Positions 1 through 14,932 of a stretch of 64,000 nt of DNA are shown here, in pieces. The DNA lies in the NCBI RefSeq assembly GCF_003790525.1, contig NZ_CP033635.1; one strand, given 5' to 3'. The stretch is from Escherichia coli (lineage in GTDB: Bacteria > Pseudomonadota > Gammaproteobacteria > Enterobacterales > Enterobacteriaceae). How positions within the stretch are numbered: position 1 is the stretch's first letter; each line of letters begins with the position of its first letter. Made by a program: the position numbers and the translations under genes. Below the pieces are notes generated by a model, which worked only from the letters and a program-made list of their open reading frames with translations, was not told the origin of the DNA and made no database searches.

Positions 1-296
<296 letters not shown>

Positions 297-498
297 CTAT
301 TCTGCATTGCCGCTAAGACTTTTCCCATCACTTCGGGGACAATATTTTTTTATCAAAACGTCGCTTTGATAGAGAGTTTTTATCAAATATGTGAATAATG
401 CAGAAAATGGCATTCTGGACTTTTCACAGGGTCTGGTTGCGCAGGTATAGTAATACTTACAGCGTATTAAAGACGTTACGGGAAGGAGTAGGTATAGA

Positions 499-1741
<1,243 letters not shown>

Positions 1742-1742
1742 A

Positions 1743-2666
1743 GTGAAAAAATTACGTATCGGCGTAGTGGGGTTAGGCGGCATCGCGCAAAAAGCGTGGT
1801 TACCGGTGCTGGCGGCAGCGTCTGACTGGACGTTACAAGGTGCGTGGTCGCCTACGCGCGCCAAAGCCCTGCCAATTTGTGACAGCTGGCGCATTCCTTA
1901 TGCTGATTCGTTATCCAGCCTTGCCGCCAGTTGCGATGCGGTTTTTGTGCATTCCAGCACCGCCAGCCACTTTGACGTGGTCAGTACGTTACTCAATGCG
2001 GGGGGACATGTCTGTGTCGATAAACCGCTGGCAGAAAATCTGCGCGATGCTGAACGGCTGGTGGAACTGGCGGCGCGGAAAAAATTGACGTTGATGGTCG
2101 GTTTTAACCGTCGTTTCGCACCACTCTACGGTGAGTTAAAAACGCAACTCGCCACCGCAGCCTCGCTAAGAATGGATAAACATCGTAGCAATAGCGTCGG
2201 GCCACACGATCTTTATTTCACGTTGCTGGATGATTATCTGCATGTGGTGGATACCGCGCTGTGGTTGTCGGGCGGTAAAGCCTCTCTGGATGGCGGTACG
2301 CTACTGACTAATGACGCTGGCGAAATGCTGTTTGCCGAGCACCATTTTTCGGCCGGTCCTTTGCAGATCACCACCTGTATGCATCGCCGTGCCGGAAGTC
2401 AGCGTGAAACCGTGCAGGCCGTGACTGACGGTGCGCTCATCGACATTACGGATATGCGCGAATGGCGTGAGGAGCGCGGGCAGGGCGTAGTGCATAAACC
2501 GATTCTTGGTTGGCAGAGTACGCTTGAGCAACGTGGATTTGTCGGCTGTGCGCGGCACTTCATTGAATGCGTGCAAAATCAGACAGTTCCGCAAACCGCC
2601 GGCGAACAGGCAGTGCTGGCGCAACGTATCGTTGACAAGATCTGGCGCGATGCGATGAGTGAATAA
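1743..2666 (+). CDS. yceM: Predicted NAD(P)-dependent oxidoreductase (Gfo/Idh/MocA family)
   Basis: GTG at 1743 directly after the yceH stop gives 307 aa; N-terminal KKLRIGVVGLGGIAQKAWLP is a Rossmann motif. Confidence 0.85.
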   Translation: MKKLRIGVVGLGGIAQKAWLPVLAAASDWTLQGAWSPTRAKALPICDSWRIPYADSLSSLAASCDAVFVHSSTASHFDVVSTLLNAGGHVCVDKPLAENLRDAERLVELAARKKLTLMVGFNRRFAPLYGELKTQLATAASLRMDKHRSNSVGPHDLYFTLLDDYLHVVDTALWLSGGKASLDGGTLLTNDAGEMLFAEHHFSAGPLQITTCMHRRAGSQRETVQAVTDGALIDITDMREWREERGQGVVHKPILGWQSTLEQRGFVGCARHFIECVQNQTVPQTAGEQAVLAQRIVDKIWRDAMSE

Positions 2667-2688
2667 ACCCTGTAACATCTGGCGGTAG

Positions 2689-4311
<1,623 letters not shown>

Positions 4312-4350
4312 CAATGCATTCCGGCCTGCAGTGCAGGCCGGAGATAATCT

Positions 4351-4767
4351 TCAGATCGAAATCTTTTTACTGCCGCGATGGGTTGTTGAGGTCTGACCGT
4401 TCGCCCCATATAGCGTCGGTTCCTGATGCGGTTTCAACATTTCCAGCGCCTGTTGATTGCGCTCAATCTGTCCTTCCAGTAACCAGCCGTTATGTTGATT
4501 CATTTGACGTAGTTGCTGCGTTTTCACAGTAATTTCCTGCCAGCGTTGACTAATATCAACGCTATTTGCTGAATTGGGTTCTTTCCTGCGTAACTGTTCG
4601 AGGTAATCCAGCGTCGCCAGCAGTGAGCTTTTTTGTTCTGTAATCCATTGCAACTGGCTGCCGTTGATCTGCCCCATTGAGAGATGTTGCTGCTCTTGAT
4701 CCATTACCGTTTTGAGATCGTTAAGCACAGCGGACATCTGGTCGAGGATCTCTGCAAGACGCGTCAT
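4351..4767 (-). CDS. flgN: Flagellar export chaperone FlgN
   Basis: 138 aa minus-strand ORF downstream of flgM; matches FlgN. Confidence 0.93.
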   Translation of the reverse strand: MTRLAEILDQMSAVLNDLKTVMDQEQQHLSMGQINGSQLQWITEQKSSLLATLDYLEQLRRKEPNSANSVDISQRWQEITVKTQQLRQMNQHNGWLLEGQIERNQQALEMLKPHQEPTLYGANGQTSTTHRGSKKISI

Positions 4768-4771
4768 ACGA

Positions 4772-5065
4772 TCAGTTACTCTGCAAGTCTTGCTGCGCTT
4801 CGTTGATCAGCGCATCGGCAATTTTGCCGGTGTCCATTTTTAGTTCACCGTTACGAATCGCCAGCTTTAACGCTTCGACACGTTCAGGATTGATATCACT
4901 GCTGCCGGGTTGCATCAGTTTTGCTTGCGCGTCGCTTAACGTCACACTGGTGCTGGTGGCGGCGGTTGTTTTTGCCGCCCGGGTATTCGTTACCGGCGCG
5001 TCAGTGGTTTCACGCGGTTGAACGGTGCTTACGGGCTTCAGAGGTGAAGTGCGGTCAATACTCAT
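4772..5065 (-). CDS. flgM: Anti-sigma-28 factor FlgM
   Basis: 97 aa minus-strand ORF; matches FlgM in length and sequence. Confidence 0.93.
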   Translation of the reverse strand: MSIDRTSPLKPVSTVQPRETTDAPVTNTRAAKTTAATSTSVTLSDAQAKLMQPGSSDINPERVEALKLAIRNGELKMDTGKIADALINEAQQDLQSN

Positions 5066-5108
5066 GGTTTATTCCTCATTGAGGGCGCTTTTATCATGTG
5101 TTGCTTAT

Positions 5109-5135
5109 TTATCGGCAAGGGACGGGTAATCTTTA
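5109..5135 (-). promoter_or_regulatory. Sigma-28 (FliA) class 3 promoter for flgMN
   Basis: Minus strand reads TAAAGATT-N11-GCCGATAA (consensus TAAAGTTT-N11-GCCGATAA), about 45 nt upstream of the flgM ATG and just downstream of the flgA stop. Confidence 0.7.
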
Positions 5136-5140
5136 ACAGC

Positions 5141-5800
5141 TTACAGGTTTATAAGAATATTCCCATCTGCATCAACAACGCCGCTGACCACCTGTCCCGA
5201 TACCATGCGCACCCGCGCATTCTGTGCGACGGCAGCATTGTTCAGCGCCTGACCTTCTGCGTTGGCGCTAAACCCATCACCGCTGGCGATCACGTTGACG
5301 CGTTGTCCCGCTTTTACCCGCCATGCCTGGCGAAACTGGGTTAACTGGATAGGTTGATCGGGTGATATATCGCGCAGGCTAACGGCATCAACAAGTTGAT
5401 TGATATCCAGCACCGTACGCGGTGGCAGGGTATCCAGCCTGCCGCGTTTCAGTTTGACATTGCCAGCTTCCAGTTTTCCTCCCCGCACAATGGGCATCGC
5501 GGCAACCACATAATTTCCTGTAGCCTGCACATTAACTTGTAAATATCGTTTGTCGTTACCGCAGCGAGCCAACACATTCACATTGCCCCACAGGCGGGAA
5601 TTATTGCTCATCGAAAGCAATGGCTGCTCGCACGGCGGTAGTAGATTGGGCGCTGTACGAATAGAAACACGAACCTCATCACTTACCCCCGCGAGCTGGG
5701 CGCTAAAAAAGGTGTGCAATTGCGATGTGAGATTGCTCGCCGCACTTAACGGACTGAACAGTATCGCGATGATCGCCACGCGACGTTTTATTGCCAGCAT
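5141..5800 (-). CDS. flgA: Flagellar P-ring assembly chaperone FlgA
   Basis: Internal Met (MLAIKRRVAIIAILFSPLSAA, signal peptide) gives 219 aa; the listed ORF extends upstream to 5863. Confidence 0.88.
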   Translation of the reverse strand: MLAIKRRVAIIAILFSPLSAASNLTSQLHTFFSAQLAGVSDEVRVSIRTAPNLLPPCEQPLLSMSNNSRLWGNVNVLARCGNDKRYLQVNVQATGNYVVAAMPIVRGGKLEAGNVKLKRGRLDTLPPRTVLDINQLVDAVSLRDISPDQPIQLTQFRQAWRVKAGQRVNVIASGDGFSANAEGQALNNAAVAQNARVRMVSGQVVSGVVDADGNILINL

Positions 5801-5955
5801 TTTCGCCCCCCAGCCATTTCTACAACGTGAATTGTACCTGTCCGCAATGACCATCAACGGCATAAATAGCGACCCATTTTGCGTTTATTCCGCCGATAAC
5901 GCGCGCGTAAAGGCATTTAAGCTGATGGCAGAATTTTGATACCTGCGGAGGAGAT
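5801..5955. promoter_or_regulatory. Divergent flgA / flgB promoter region (class 2, FlhDC-dependent by established knowledge)
   Basis: 155 bp spacer between divergent flgA and flgB starts; regulatory role assigned from known flagellar regulon architecture, sites not mapped here. Confidence 0.5.
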
Positions 5956-6372
5956 ATGCTCGATAAGCTCGACGCCGCCTTACGTTTTCAACAAGAGGCG
6001 CTCAATCTGCGCGCCCAGCGTCAGGAAGTGCTGGCAGCAAACATCGCCAATGCCGATACCCCTGGTTATCAGGCTCGCGATATCGATTTTGCCAGTGAAC
6101 TTAAAAAAGTCATGCAACGTGGACGGGATGCAACAAGTGTGGTTGCACTGACGATGACCTCAACGCAACACATTCCGGCGCAGGCGCTGACGCCTCCTAC
6201 CGCAGAACTGCAATACCGTATTCCGGACCAGCCTTCGCTTGACGGTAATACCGTCGATATGGATCGCGAACGCACCCAGTTTGCCGATAACAGCCTGCAA
6301 TACCAGATGAGCCTTAGCGCGTTGAGCGGGCAAATCAAAGGCATGATGAACGTTTTACAGAGCGGAAATTAA
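5956..6372 (+). CDS. flgB: Flagellar basal-body rod protein FlgB
   Basis: 138 aa ORF, first gene of the flgB operon; sequence match. Confidence 0.95.
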
Positions 6373-6375
6373 CGG

Positions 6376-6780
6376 ATGGCACTGCTGAATATTTTTGATA
6401 TCGCCGGTTCGGCGTTAACTGCCCAGTCCCAGCGCCTGAACGTGGCGGCCAGTAATCTGGCGAATGCTGATAGCTTGACCGGTCCCGATGGACAGCCATA
6501 TCGGGCAAAACAGGTGGTATTTCAGGTTAACGCTGCGCCAGGTGCTGCGACAGGCGGCGTAAAAGTTGCCGATGTTATAGAAAGTCAGGCCCCGGACAAA
6601 CTGGTTTATGAACCGGGTAATCCGCTGGCGGATGCAAAGGGCTACGTGAAAATGCCAAACGTTGATGTCGTCGGGGAGATGGTTAACACCATGTCGGCGT
6701 CACGCAGTTATCAGGCCAATGTTGAAGTGCTCAACACGGTGAAAAGCATGATGCTGAAAACCCTTACGCTCGGTCAATAA
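6376..6780 (+). CDS. flgC: Flagellar basal-body rod protein FlgC
   Basis: 134 aa ORF; sequence match. Confidence 0.95.
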   Translation: MALLNIFDIAGSALTAQSQRLNVAASNLANADSLTGPDGQPYRAKQVVFQVNAAPGAATGGVKVADVIESQAPDKLVYEPGNPLADAKGYVKMPNVDVVGEMVNTMSASRSYQANVEVLNTVKSMMLKTLTLGQ

Positions 6781-6791
6781 AGGAGAAAGCT

Positions 6792-7487
6792 ATGTCCATT
6801 GCGGTAACAACCACCGATCCGACAAATACCGGCGTCAGCACCACCAGTAGTAGTTCGCTCACGGGCAGCAACGCCGCAGATTTACAAAGCAGTTTTCTGA
6901 CTTTGTTGGTGGCGCAGCTGAAAAACCAGGACCCGACCAATCCAATGGAAAACAACGAGCTGACGTCGCAATTGGCACAAATCAGCACGGTCAGCGGGAT
7001 TGAAAAACTCAATACCACGCTCGGATCTATTTCCGGACAGATTGATAACAGCCAGTCGTTACAGGCCAGTAACCTGATCGGTCACGGTGTGATGATCCCC
7101 GGTACCACAGTTCTTGCGGGAACCGGCAGTGATGAAGGGGCTGTGACCACGACCACGCCGTTTGGTGTTGAGCTGCAACAGGCGGCAGACAAAGTTACGG
7201 CCACCATCACCGATAAAAACGGTGCAGTTGTCCGTACCATTGATATCGGTGAACTGACTGCCGGAGTCCACAGTTTCACCTGGGACGGTACGTTGACTGA
7301 CGGCAGCACTGCGCCGAACGGTTCTTACAATGTAGCGATTAGCGCCAGTAGCGGTGGTACACAACTGGTTGCCCAGCCGCTGCAGTTTGCTCTGGTGCAG
7401 GGTGTGATCCGCGGCAACAACGGTAATACGCTGGATCTCGGCACTTACGGCACCACCACCCTCGACGAAGTACGGCAGATAATTTAA
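6792..7487 (+). CDS. flgD: Flagellar hook capping/assembly protein FlgD
   Basis: 231 aa ORF; sequence match. Confidence 0.95.
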   Translation: MSIAVTTTDPTNTGVSTTSSSSLTGSNAADLQSSFLTLLVAQLKNQDPTNPMENNELTSQLAQISTVSGIEKLNTTLGSISGQIDNSQSLQASNLIGHGVMIPGTTVLAGTGSDEGAVTTTTPFGVELQQAADKVTATITDKNGAVVRTIDIGELTAGVHSFTWDGTLTDGSTAPNGSYNVAISASSGGTQLVAQPLQFALVQGVIRGNNGNTLDLGTYGTTTLDEVRQII

Positions 7488-7511
7488 GCCTTCACATTTC
7501 AGGAGTCAGTC

Positions 7512-8717
7512 ATGGCCTTTTCTCAAGCGGTTAGCGGATTAAACGCTGCCGCCACCAACCTCGATGTTATTGGCAACAATATCGCCAACTCCGCCACCTA
7601 CGGCTTTAAATCAGGCACGGCCTCTTTTGCCGATATGTTTGCCGGTTCGAAAGTGGGACTGGGGGTAAAAGTTGCCGGTATCACTCAGGACTTTACCGAT
7701 GGCACGACCACCAACACCGGGCGAGGTCTGGACGTTGCTATCAGCCAGAACGGTTTTTTCCGTCTGGTAGACAGCAACGGTTCGGTGTTCTACAGCCGTA
7801 ACGGACAATTTAAGCTGGATGAAAACCGTAACCTGGTGAATATGCAAGGTTTACAGCTGACGGGTTACCCGGCAACCGGTACGCCGCCGACTATTCAGCA
7901 AGGGGCGAATCCGACCAATATTTCGATCCCGAATACCCTGATGGCAGCGAAAACTACCACCACGGCGTCGATGCAGATCAACCTGAATTCCAGTGATCCG
8001 CTTCCCTCTGTTAAAGCATTCGATGCCAGCAATGCGGATAGCTATAACAAAAAAGGTTCGGTGACTGTTTTCGATAGTCAGGGTAATGCTCATGATATGA
8101 GCGTTTATTTTGTGAAGACCGGGGATAACAACTGGGATGTTTACACCCTGGATAGCAGTGATCCAACAGGCACAGCTAACCCTGCAACGACGCTGGTGTT
8201 TAATGCCAATGGCGTTCTGACCTCAGATCCAACAAAGGATATTACCACCGGCGCAATTAACGGCGCAGATCCCGCCACGTTTAGCCTGAGCTTCCTCAAC
8301 TCCATGCAGCAAAATACCGGCGCGAACAACATTGTGGCAACCACCCAGAACGGCTACAAACCGGGCGATCTGGTGAGTTATCAAATCAATGATGACGGTA
8401 CGGTTGTCGGCAACTATTCCAACGAACAAACCCAACTGCTGGGGCAGATTGTACTGGCGAACTTTGCCAACAACGAAGGTCTGGCATCCGAAGGCGACAA
8501 CGTCTGGTCTGCGACGCAATCTTCTGGCGTGGCGCTGTTGGGGACAGCCGGGACGGGCAACTTTGGCACCCTGACCAACGGTGCGCTGGAAGCGTCCAAC
8601 GTCGATCTCAGTAAAGAACTGGTCAATATGATCGTTGCCCAGCGTAACTATCAGTCTAACGCCCAGACCATCAAAACCCAGGACCAGATCCTCAACACGC
8701 TGGTTAACTTACGCTAA
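7512..8717 (+). CDS. flgE: Flagellar hook protein FlgE
   Basis: 401 aa ORF with conserved rod/hook N- and C-terminal segments. Confidence 0.95.
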   Translation: MAFSQAVSGLNAAATNLDVIGNNIANSATYGFKSGTASFADMFAGSKVGLGVKVAGITQDFTDGTTTNTGRGLDVAISQNGFFRLVDSNGSVFYSRNGQFKLDENRNLVNMQGLQLTGYPATGTPPTIQQGANPTNISIPNTLMAAKTTTTASMQINLNSSDPLPSVKAFDASNADSYNKKGSVTVFDSQGNAHDMSVYFVKTGDNNWDVYTLDSSDPTGTANPATTLVFNANGVLTSDPTKDITTGAINGADPATFSLSFLNSMQQNTGANNIVATTQNGYKPGDLVSYQINDDGTVVGNYSNEQTQLLGQIVLANFANNEGLASEGDNVWSATQSSGVALLGTAGTGNFGTLTNGALEASNVDLSKELVNMIVAQRNYQSNAQTIKTQDQILNTLVNLR

Positions 8718-8736
8718 TCGCTGACGGGATAGCTCA

Positions 8737-9492
8737 ATGGATCACGCAATTTATACCGCGATGGGAGCAGCCAGCCAGACGCTGAATCAACAGGCGGTAA
8801 CCGCCAGTAATCTGGCCAATGCCTCTACGCCCGGTTTTCGCGCGCAGTTAAACGCCTTGCGCGCAGTGCCGGTGGAAGGGCTTTCACTGCCCACGCGCAC
8901 GCTGGTAACGGCGTCAACGCCGGGTGCAGACATGACGCCCGGTAAGATGGATTACACCTCGCGCCCGCTGGACGTTGCGTTGCAGCAGGATGGCTGGCTG
9001 GCCGTGCAGACCGCTGACGGTAGCGAAGGGTATACGCGTAATGGCAGCATTCAGGTTGATCCCACCGGGCAACTGACAATTCAGGGACATCCGGTGATAG
9101 GCGAGGCTGGGCCAATTGCTGTGCCGGAAGGGGCGGAAATCACTATTGCTGCCGATGGCACAATCTCGGCGCTGAATCCGGGCGATCCGGCAAATACGGT
9201 TGCGCCAGTGGGGCGTCTGAAACTGGTGAAAGCCACGGGCAGCGAAGTGCAGCGCGGTGACGACGGCATTTTTCGTTTAAGCGCGGAAAGCCAGGCCACG
9301 CGTGGGCCGGTACTGCAGGCAGATCCAACCTTGCGTGTGATGTCGGGAGTTCTGGAAGGCAGTAACGTCAATGCCGTTGCGGCAATGAGCGACATGATTG
9401 CCAGCGCGCGGCGTTTTGAAATGCAGATGAAGGTGATCAGCAGCGTCGATGATAACGCAGGCCGTGCCAACCAACTGCTGTCGATGAGTTAA
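8737..9492 (+). CDS. flgF: Flagellar proximal rod protein FlgF
   Basis: 251 aa ORF; sequence match. Confidence 0.95.
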   Translation: MDHAIYTAMGAASQTLNQQAVTASNLANASTPGFRAQLNALRAVPVEGLSLPTRTLVTASTPGADMTPGKMDYTSRPLDVALQQDGWLAVQTADGSEGYTRNGSIQVDPTGQLTIQGHPVIGEAGPIAVPEGAEITIAADGTISALNPGDPANTVAPVGRLKLVKATGSEVQRGDDGIFRLSAESQATRGPVLQADPTLRVMSGVLEGSNVNAVAAMSDMIASARRFEMQMKVISSVDDNAGRANQLLSMS

Positions 9493-9610
9493 TTAAACGA
9501 TTGATGACATTGCAATAAAAGCGCGCGGACTATTCTCTCGCCCATTTTGGGAGAGGTTAGGGTGAGGGGAAATTCGCACCGTCGCGTGCTTCTGCTCTGC
9601 TTGTCACTAA

Positions 9611-10411
<801 letters not shown>

Positions 10412-10463
10412 GGCATAACCGGTGGCAGATTCACCGGTTTACTGATTTTTGAAGATGATAGCC

Positions 10464-11162
10464 ATGCAAAAAAACGCTGCGCATACTTATGCCATTTCCA
10501 GCTTGTTGGTGCTTTCACTAACCGCCTGCGCCTGGATACCCTCCACGCCGCTGGTACAGGGGGCGACCAGTGCACAACCGGTTCCCGGTCCGACGCCCGT
10601 CGCCAACGGTTCTATTTTCCAGTCTGCTCAGCCGATTAACTATGGCTATCAACCGCTGTTTGAAGATCGTCGACCACGCAATATTGGCGATACGCTGACC
10701 ATCGTGTTGCAGGAGAACGTCAGCGCCAGCAAAAGCTCCTCTGCGAATGCCAGCCGTGACGGTAAATCTAATTTTGGCTTTGATACTGTGCCGCGCTATT
10801 TGCAGGGGCTGTTTGGTAACGCTCGTGCCGATGTCGAAGCCTCCGGTGGTAACACGTTCAACGGAAAGGGCGGGGCCAATGCCAGCAATACCTTTAGCGG
10901 CACGTTGACGGTGACGGTTGACCAGGTACTGGTCAACGGCAACCTACATGTGGTGGGTGAAAAACAGATTGCCATTAATCAGGGTACCGAATTTATTCGC
11001 TTCTCTGGCGTGGTTAATCCACGCACCATCAGCGGCAGCAATACCGTACCGTCTACTCAGGTGGCGGATGCGCGCATTGAATACGTAGGCAATGGCTACA
11101 TTAACGAAGCGCAAAATATGGGCTGGTTGCAGCGTTTCTTCCTTAACCTGTCGCCAATGTAA
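10464..11162 (+). CDS. flgH: Flagellar L-ring lipoprotein FlgH
   Basis: Start [22 protein letters not shown] gives 232 aa (ORF opens at 10449); lipobox LTAC. Confidence 0.9.
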   Translation: MQKNAAHTYAISSLLVLSLTACAWIPSTPLVQGATSAQPVPGPTPVANGSIFQSAQPINYGYQPLFEDRRPRNIGDTLTIVLQENVSASKSSSANASRDGKSNFGFDTVPRYLQGLFGNARADVEASGGNTFNGKGGANASNTFSGTLTVTVDQVLVNGNLHVVGEKQIAINQGTEFIRFSGVVNPRTISGSNTVPSTQVADARIEYVGNGYINEAQNMGWLQRFFLNLSPM

Positions 11163-11173
11163 GTGAGGCTGTG

Positions 11174-12271
11174 GTGATTAAATTTCTCTCTGCATTAATT
11201 CTTCTACTGGTTACGACGGCGGTTCAGGCTGAGCGTATTCGCGATCTCACCAGTGTTCAGGGGGTAAGGCAAAACTCACTGATTGGCTATGGCCTGGTGG
11301 TGGGGCTGGATGGCACCGGTGACCAGACAACTCAGACGCCGTTTACCACACAAACGCTTAATAACATGCTCTCACAGCTGGGAATTACCGTTCCGACGGG
11401 CACCAATATGCAGCTAAAAAACGTCGCTGCGGTAATGGTGACGGCGTCACTTCCACCGTTTGGACGCCAGGGGCAAACCATTGACGTGGTGGTTTCTTCC
11501 ATGGGAAATGCCAAAAGTCTGCGTGGCGGTACGTTATTGATGACACCGCTTAAGGGCGTTGACAGTCAGGTGTATGCGCTGGCACAGGGCAATATTCTGG
11601 TTGGCGGCGCAGGGGCCTCCGCTGGCGGTAGCAGTGTTCAGGTGAACCAACTGAACGGTGGACGGATCACCAATGGTGCGGTTATTGAACGTGAATTGCC
11701 CAGCCAGTTTGGCGTCGGGAATACCCTTAATTTGCAACTTAACGACGAAGATTTCAGTATGGCGCAGCAAATCGCTGACACCATCAACCGCGTGCGTGGA
11801 TATGGCAGCGCCACCGCGTTAGATGCGCGGACTATTCAGGTGCGCGTACCGAGTGGCAACAGTTCCCAGGTCCGTTTCCTTGCCGATATCCAGAATATGC
11901 AGGTTAATGTTACCCCGCAGGACGCTAAAGTAGTGATTAACTCGCGCACTGGTTCGGTGGTGATGAATCGCGAAGTGACCCTCGACAGCTGCGCGGTAGC
12001 GCAGGGGAATCTCTCGGTTACGGTAAATCGGCAGGCCAATGTCAGCCAGCCAGATACACCGTTTGGTGGCGGGCAGACTGTGGTTACTCCACAAACGCAG
12101 ATCGATTTACGCCAGAGCGGCGGTTCGCTGCAAAGCGTACGTTCCAGCGCCAGCCTCAATAACGTGGTGCGTGCGCTCAATGCGCTGGGCGCTACGCCGA
12201 TGGATCTGATGTCCATACTGCAATCAATGCAAAGTGCGGGATGTCTGCGGGCAAAACTGGAAATCATCTGA
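11174..12271 (+). CDS. flgI: Flagellar P-ring protein FlgI
   Basis: GTG start gives 365 aa, [19 protein letters not shown] signal peptide; stop overlaps the flgJ start (TGATG). Confidence 0.93.
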   Translation: MIKFLSALILLLVTTAVQAERIRDLTSVQGVRQNSLIGYGLVVGLDGTGDQTTQTPFTTQTLNNMLSQLGITVPTGTNMQLKNVAAVMVTASLPPFGRQGQTIDVVVSSMGNAKSLRGGTLLMTPLKGVDSQVYALAQGNILVGGAGASAGGSSVQVNQLNGGRITNGAVIERELPSQFGVGNTLNLQLNDEDFSMAQQIADTINRVRGYGSATALDARTIQVRVPSGNSSQVRFLADIQNMQVNVTPQDAKVVINSRTGSVVMNREVTLDSCAVAQGNLSVTVNRQANVSQPDTPFGGGQTVVTPQTQIDLRQSGGSLQSVRSSASLNNVVRALNALGATPMDLMSILQSMQSAGCLRAKLEII

Positions 12272-13212
12272 TGATCAGCGACAGCAAACTACTGGCAAGT
12301 GCGGCCTGGGATGCACAATCGCTCAACGAACTTAAGGCGAAAGCGGGCGAAGATCCGGCGGCAAATATCCGTCCGGTGGCCCGCCAGGTGGAAGGGATGT
12401 TCGTGCAGATGATGTTGAAAAGCATGCGCGACGCTTTACCAAAAGATGGCCTGTTCAGCAGCGAGCACACTCGCCTGTATACCAGTATGTATGACCAGCA
12501 GATTGCCCAACAGATGACGGCGGGCAAAGGTCTGGGGCTGGCAGAGATGATGGTTAAACAGATGACGCCAGAACAACCATTGCCAGAGGAGTCCATGCCA
12601 GCAGCACCGATGAAATTCCCGCTCGAAACCGTGGTGCGTTATCAAAATCAGACGCTTTCGCAGCTGGTGCAAAAGGCCGTACCACGTAACTACGATGATT
12701 CGCTGCCGGGTGACAGTAAAGCATTCCTCGCGCAACTCTCGTTGCCCGCCCAACTGGCAAGCCAGCAAAGCGGTGTGCCACATCATTTGATCTTCGCTCA
12801 GGCGGCGCTGGAATCTGGCTGGGGACAACGGCAAATCCGCCGTGAAAACGGCGAGCCGAGCTATAACCTGTTTGGCGTCAAAGCCTCTGGCAACTGGAAA
12901 GGGCCAGTCACTGAAATCACCACGACTGAATATGAAAATGGCGAAGCGAAGAAAGTAAAAGCGAAGTTTCGGGTCTACAGCTCGTATCTGGAAGCATTGT
13001 CGGATTACGTTGGGCTGTTAACGCGTAACCCGCGCTACGCCGCCGTGACGACCGCCGCGAGTGCGGAGCAGGGGGCGCAGGCCCTACAGGACGCGGGCTA
13101 TGCCACCGATCCTCACTATGCCCGCAAACTCACCAGCATGATTCAGCAGATGAAATCGATAAGCGACAAGGTGAGCAAAACCTACAGCATGAACATTGAT
13201 AATCTGTTCTGA
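12271..13212 (+). CDS. flgJ: Flagellar rod assembly protein / peptidoglycan hydrolase FlgJ
   Basis: Internal Met [14 protein letters not shown] gives 313 aa; C-terminal glucosaminidase-like region. Confidence 0.92.
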   Translation: MISDSKLLASAAWDAQSLNELKAKAGEDPAANIRPVARQVEGMFVQMMLKSMRDALPKDGLFSSEHTRLYTSMYDQQIAQQMTAGKGLGLAEMMVKQMTPEQPLPEESMPAAPMKFPLETVVRYQNQTLSQLVQKAVPRNYDDSLPGDSKAFLAQLSLPAQLASQQSGVPHHLIFAQAALESGWGQRQIRRENGEPSYNLFGVKASGNWKGPVTEITTTEYENGEAKKVKAKFRVYSSYLEALSDYVGLLTRNPRYAAVTTAASAEQGAQALQDAGYATDPHYARKLTSMIQQMKSISDKVSKTYSMNIDNLF

Positions 13213-13217
13213 ATAAC

Positions 13218-13244
13218 TCAAGTCCGGCGGGTCGCTGCCGATAA
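13218..13244 (+). promoter_or_regulatory. Putative sigma-28 class 3 promoter for flgKL
   Basis: GCCGATAA at 13237-13244 inside the 3' end of flgJ; the -35 element is weak. flgKL is known to have its own class 3 promoter. Confidence 0.45.
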
Positions 13245-13277
13245 TACTCTGTAATTGAAGGCTTATAAGGAACCTCC

Positions 13278-14921
13278 ATGTCCAGCTTGATCAATAACGC
13301 CATGAGCGGACTGAACGCGGCCCAGGCGGCGTTAAATACGGCAAGTAATAATATCTCCAGCTATAACGTTGCCGGATATACCCGCCAAACCACTATTATG
13401 GCGCAGGCCAATAGCACGTTGGGCGCTGGCGGCTGGGTTGGCAATGGCGTCTACGTTTCTGGTGTGCAGCGTGAGTATGATGCGTTTATTACCAACCAGT
13501 TACGTGCTGCGCAGACGCAAAGTAGCGGCCTGACTGCCCGCTATGAGCAGATGTCGAAAATCGACAATATGCTCTCCACCAGTACCTCTTCGTTGGCAAC
13601 ACAGATGCAGGATTTCTTCACCAGCCTGCAAACGCTGGTGAGTAACGCGGAAGACCCGGCAGCGCGCCAGGCGCTGATTGGGAAATCAGAAGGGTTGGTG
13701 AATCAGTTTAAAACCACCGATCAATATCTGCGCGACCAGGACAAACAGGTCAATATCGCGATAGGTGCCAGCGTTGATCAGATCAACAATTACGCTAAAC
13801 AAATCGCCAGCCTGAACGATCAGATCTCCCGCCTGACAGGCGTGGGGGCAGGGGCGTCACCTAACAATCTGCTGGATCAACGCGATCAACTGGTGAGCGA
13901 ATTAAACCAGATTGTTGGCGTAGAAGTCAGCGTTCAGGATGGTGGCACTTATAACATCACGATGGCCAATGGCTACTCACTGGTTCAGGGAAGTACGGCG
14001 CGGCAGCTGGCGGCAGTTCCTTCCAGCGCCGACCCTTCTCGTACGACTGTCGCTTATATTGATGGGACGGCTGGCAATATTGAGATCCCGGAGAAATTGC
14101 TGAATACCGGGTCGCTGGGCGGCATTCTGACATTCCGTTCTCAGGATCTGGACCAGACGCGTAATACGCTCGGACAACTGGCGCTGGCATTTGCCGAGGC
14201 TTTCAACACCCAACACAAAGCCGGATTTGATGCTAACGGCGATGCCGGTGAAGATTTCTTTGCTATCGGTAAGCCCGCGGTTCTGCAAAACACGAAAAAC
14301 AAAGGTGACGTTGCGATCGGTGCAACGGTAACTGATGCCTCCGCGGTACTGGCGACAGATTACAAAATCTCGTTCGATAATAATCAGTGGCAGGCCACCC
14401 GCCTTGCCAGCAATACCACTTTTACGGTGACGCCGGATGCCAACGGTAAAGTGGCATTTGATGGTCTGGAGTTGACGTTTACAGGAACGCCTGCCGTTAA
14501 CGACAGCTTCACGTTGAAACCGGTAAGTGACGCCATCGTCAACATGGATGTATTAATCACTGACGAAGCGAAAATCGCCATGGCGAGCGAAGAAGATGTG
14601 GGTGATAGCGACAACCGCAACGGTCAGGCCCTGCTGGATCTGCAAAGCAACAGTAAAACGGTGGGCGGTGCGAAATCCTTTAACGACGCTTATGCCTCGT
14701 TAGTGAGTGATATCGGTAATAAAACCGCGACGTTGAAAACCAGTAGCGCCACGCAAGGTAATGTGGTGACGCAGCTTTCCAATCAGCAGCAGTCGATTTC
14801 CGGTGTCAATCTCGATGAGGAGTACGGAAATCTGCAACGTTTTCAGCAGTATTACCTGGCGAATGCGCAGGTTCTGCAGACGGCAAACGCGATTTTTGAT
14901 GCGCTGATTAACATTCGCTAA
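13278..14921 (+). CDS. flgK: Flagellar hook-filament junction protein 1 FlgK
   Basis: 547 aa ORF; sequence match. Confidence 0.95.
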   Translation: MSSLINNAMSGLNAAQAALNTASNNISSYNVAGYTRQTTIMAQANSTLGAGGWVGNGVYVSGVQREYDAFITNQLRAAQTQSSGLTARYEQMSKIDNMLSTSTSSLATQMQDFFTSLQTLVSNAEDPAARQALIGKSEGLVNQFKTTDQYLRDQDKQVNIAIGASVDQINNYAKQIASLNDQISRLTGVGAGASPNNLLDQRDQLVSELNQIVGVEVSVQDGGTYNITMANGYSLVQGSTARQLAAVPSSADPSRTTVAYIDGTAGNIEIPEKLLNTGSLGGILTFRSQDLDQTRNTLGQLALAFAEAFNTQHKAGFDANGDAGEDFFAIGKPAVLQNTKNKGDVAIGATVTDASAVLATDYKISFDNNQWQATRLASNTTFTVTPDANGKVAFDGLELTFTGTPAVNDSFTLKPVSDAIVNMDVLITDEAKIAMASEEDVGDSDNRNGQALLDLQSNSKTVGGAKSFNDAYASLVSDIGNKTATLKTSSATQGNVVTQLSNQQQSISGVNLDEEYGNLQRFQQYYLANAQVLQTANAIFDALINIR

Positions 14922-14932
14922 GGGGAGATAAA

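Noticed and set aside
10500-10520. FlgH lipobox reads LTAC rather than the LTGC I half-remember
   Set aside because: LTAC still fits the lipobox consensus [LVI][ASTVI][GAS]C and my recollection of the reference residue is not reliable; treated as ordinary strain variation.
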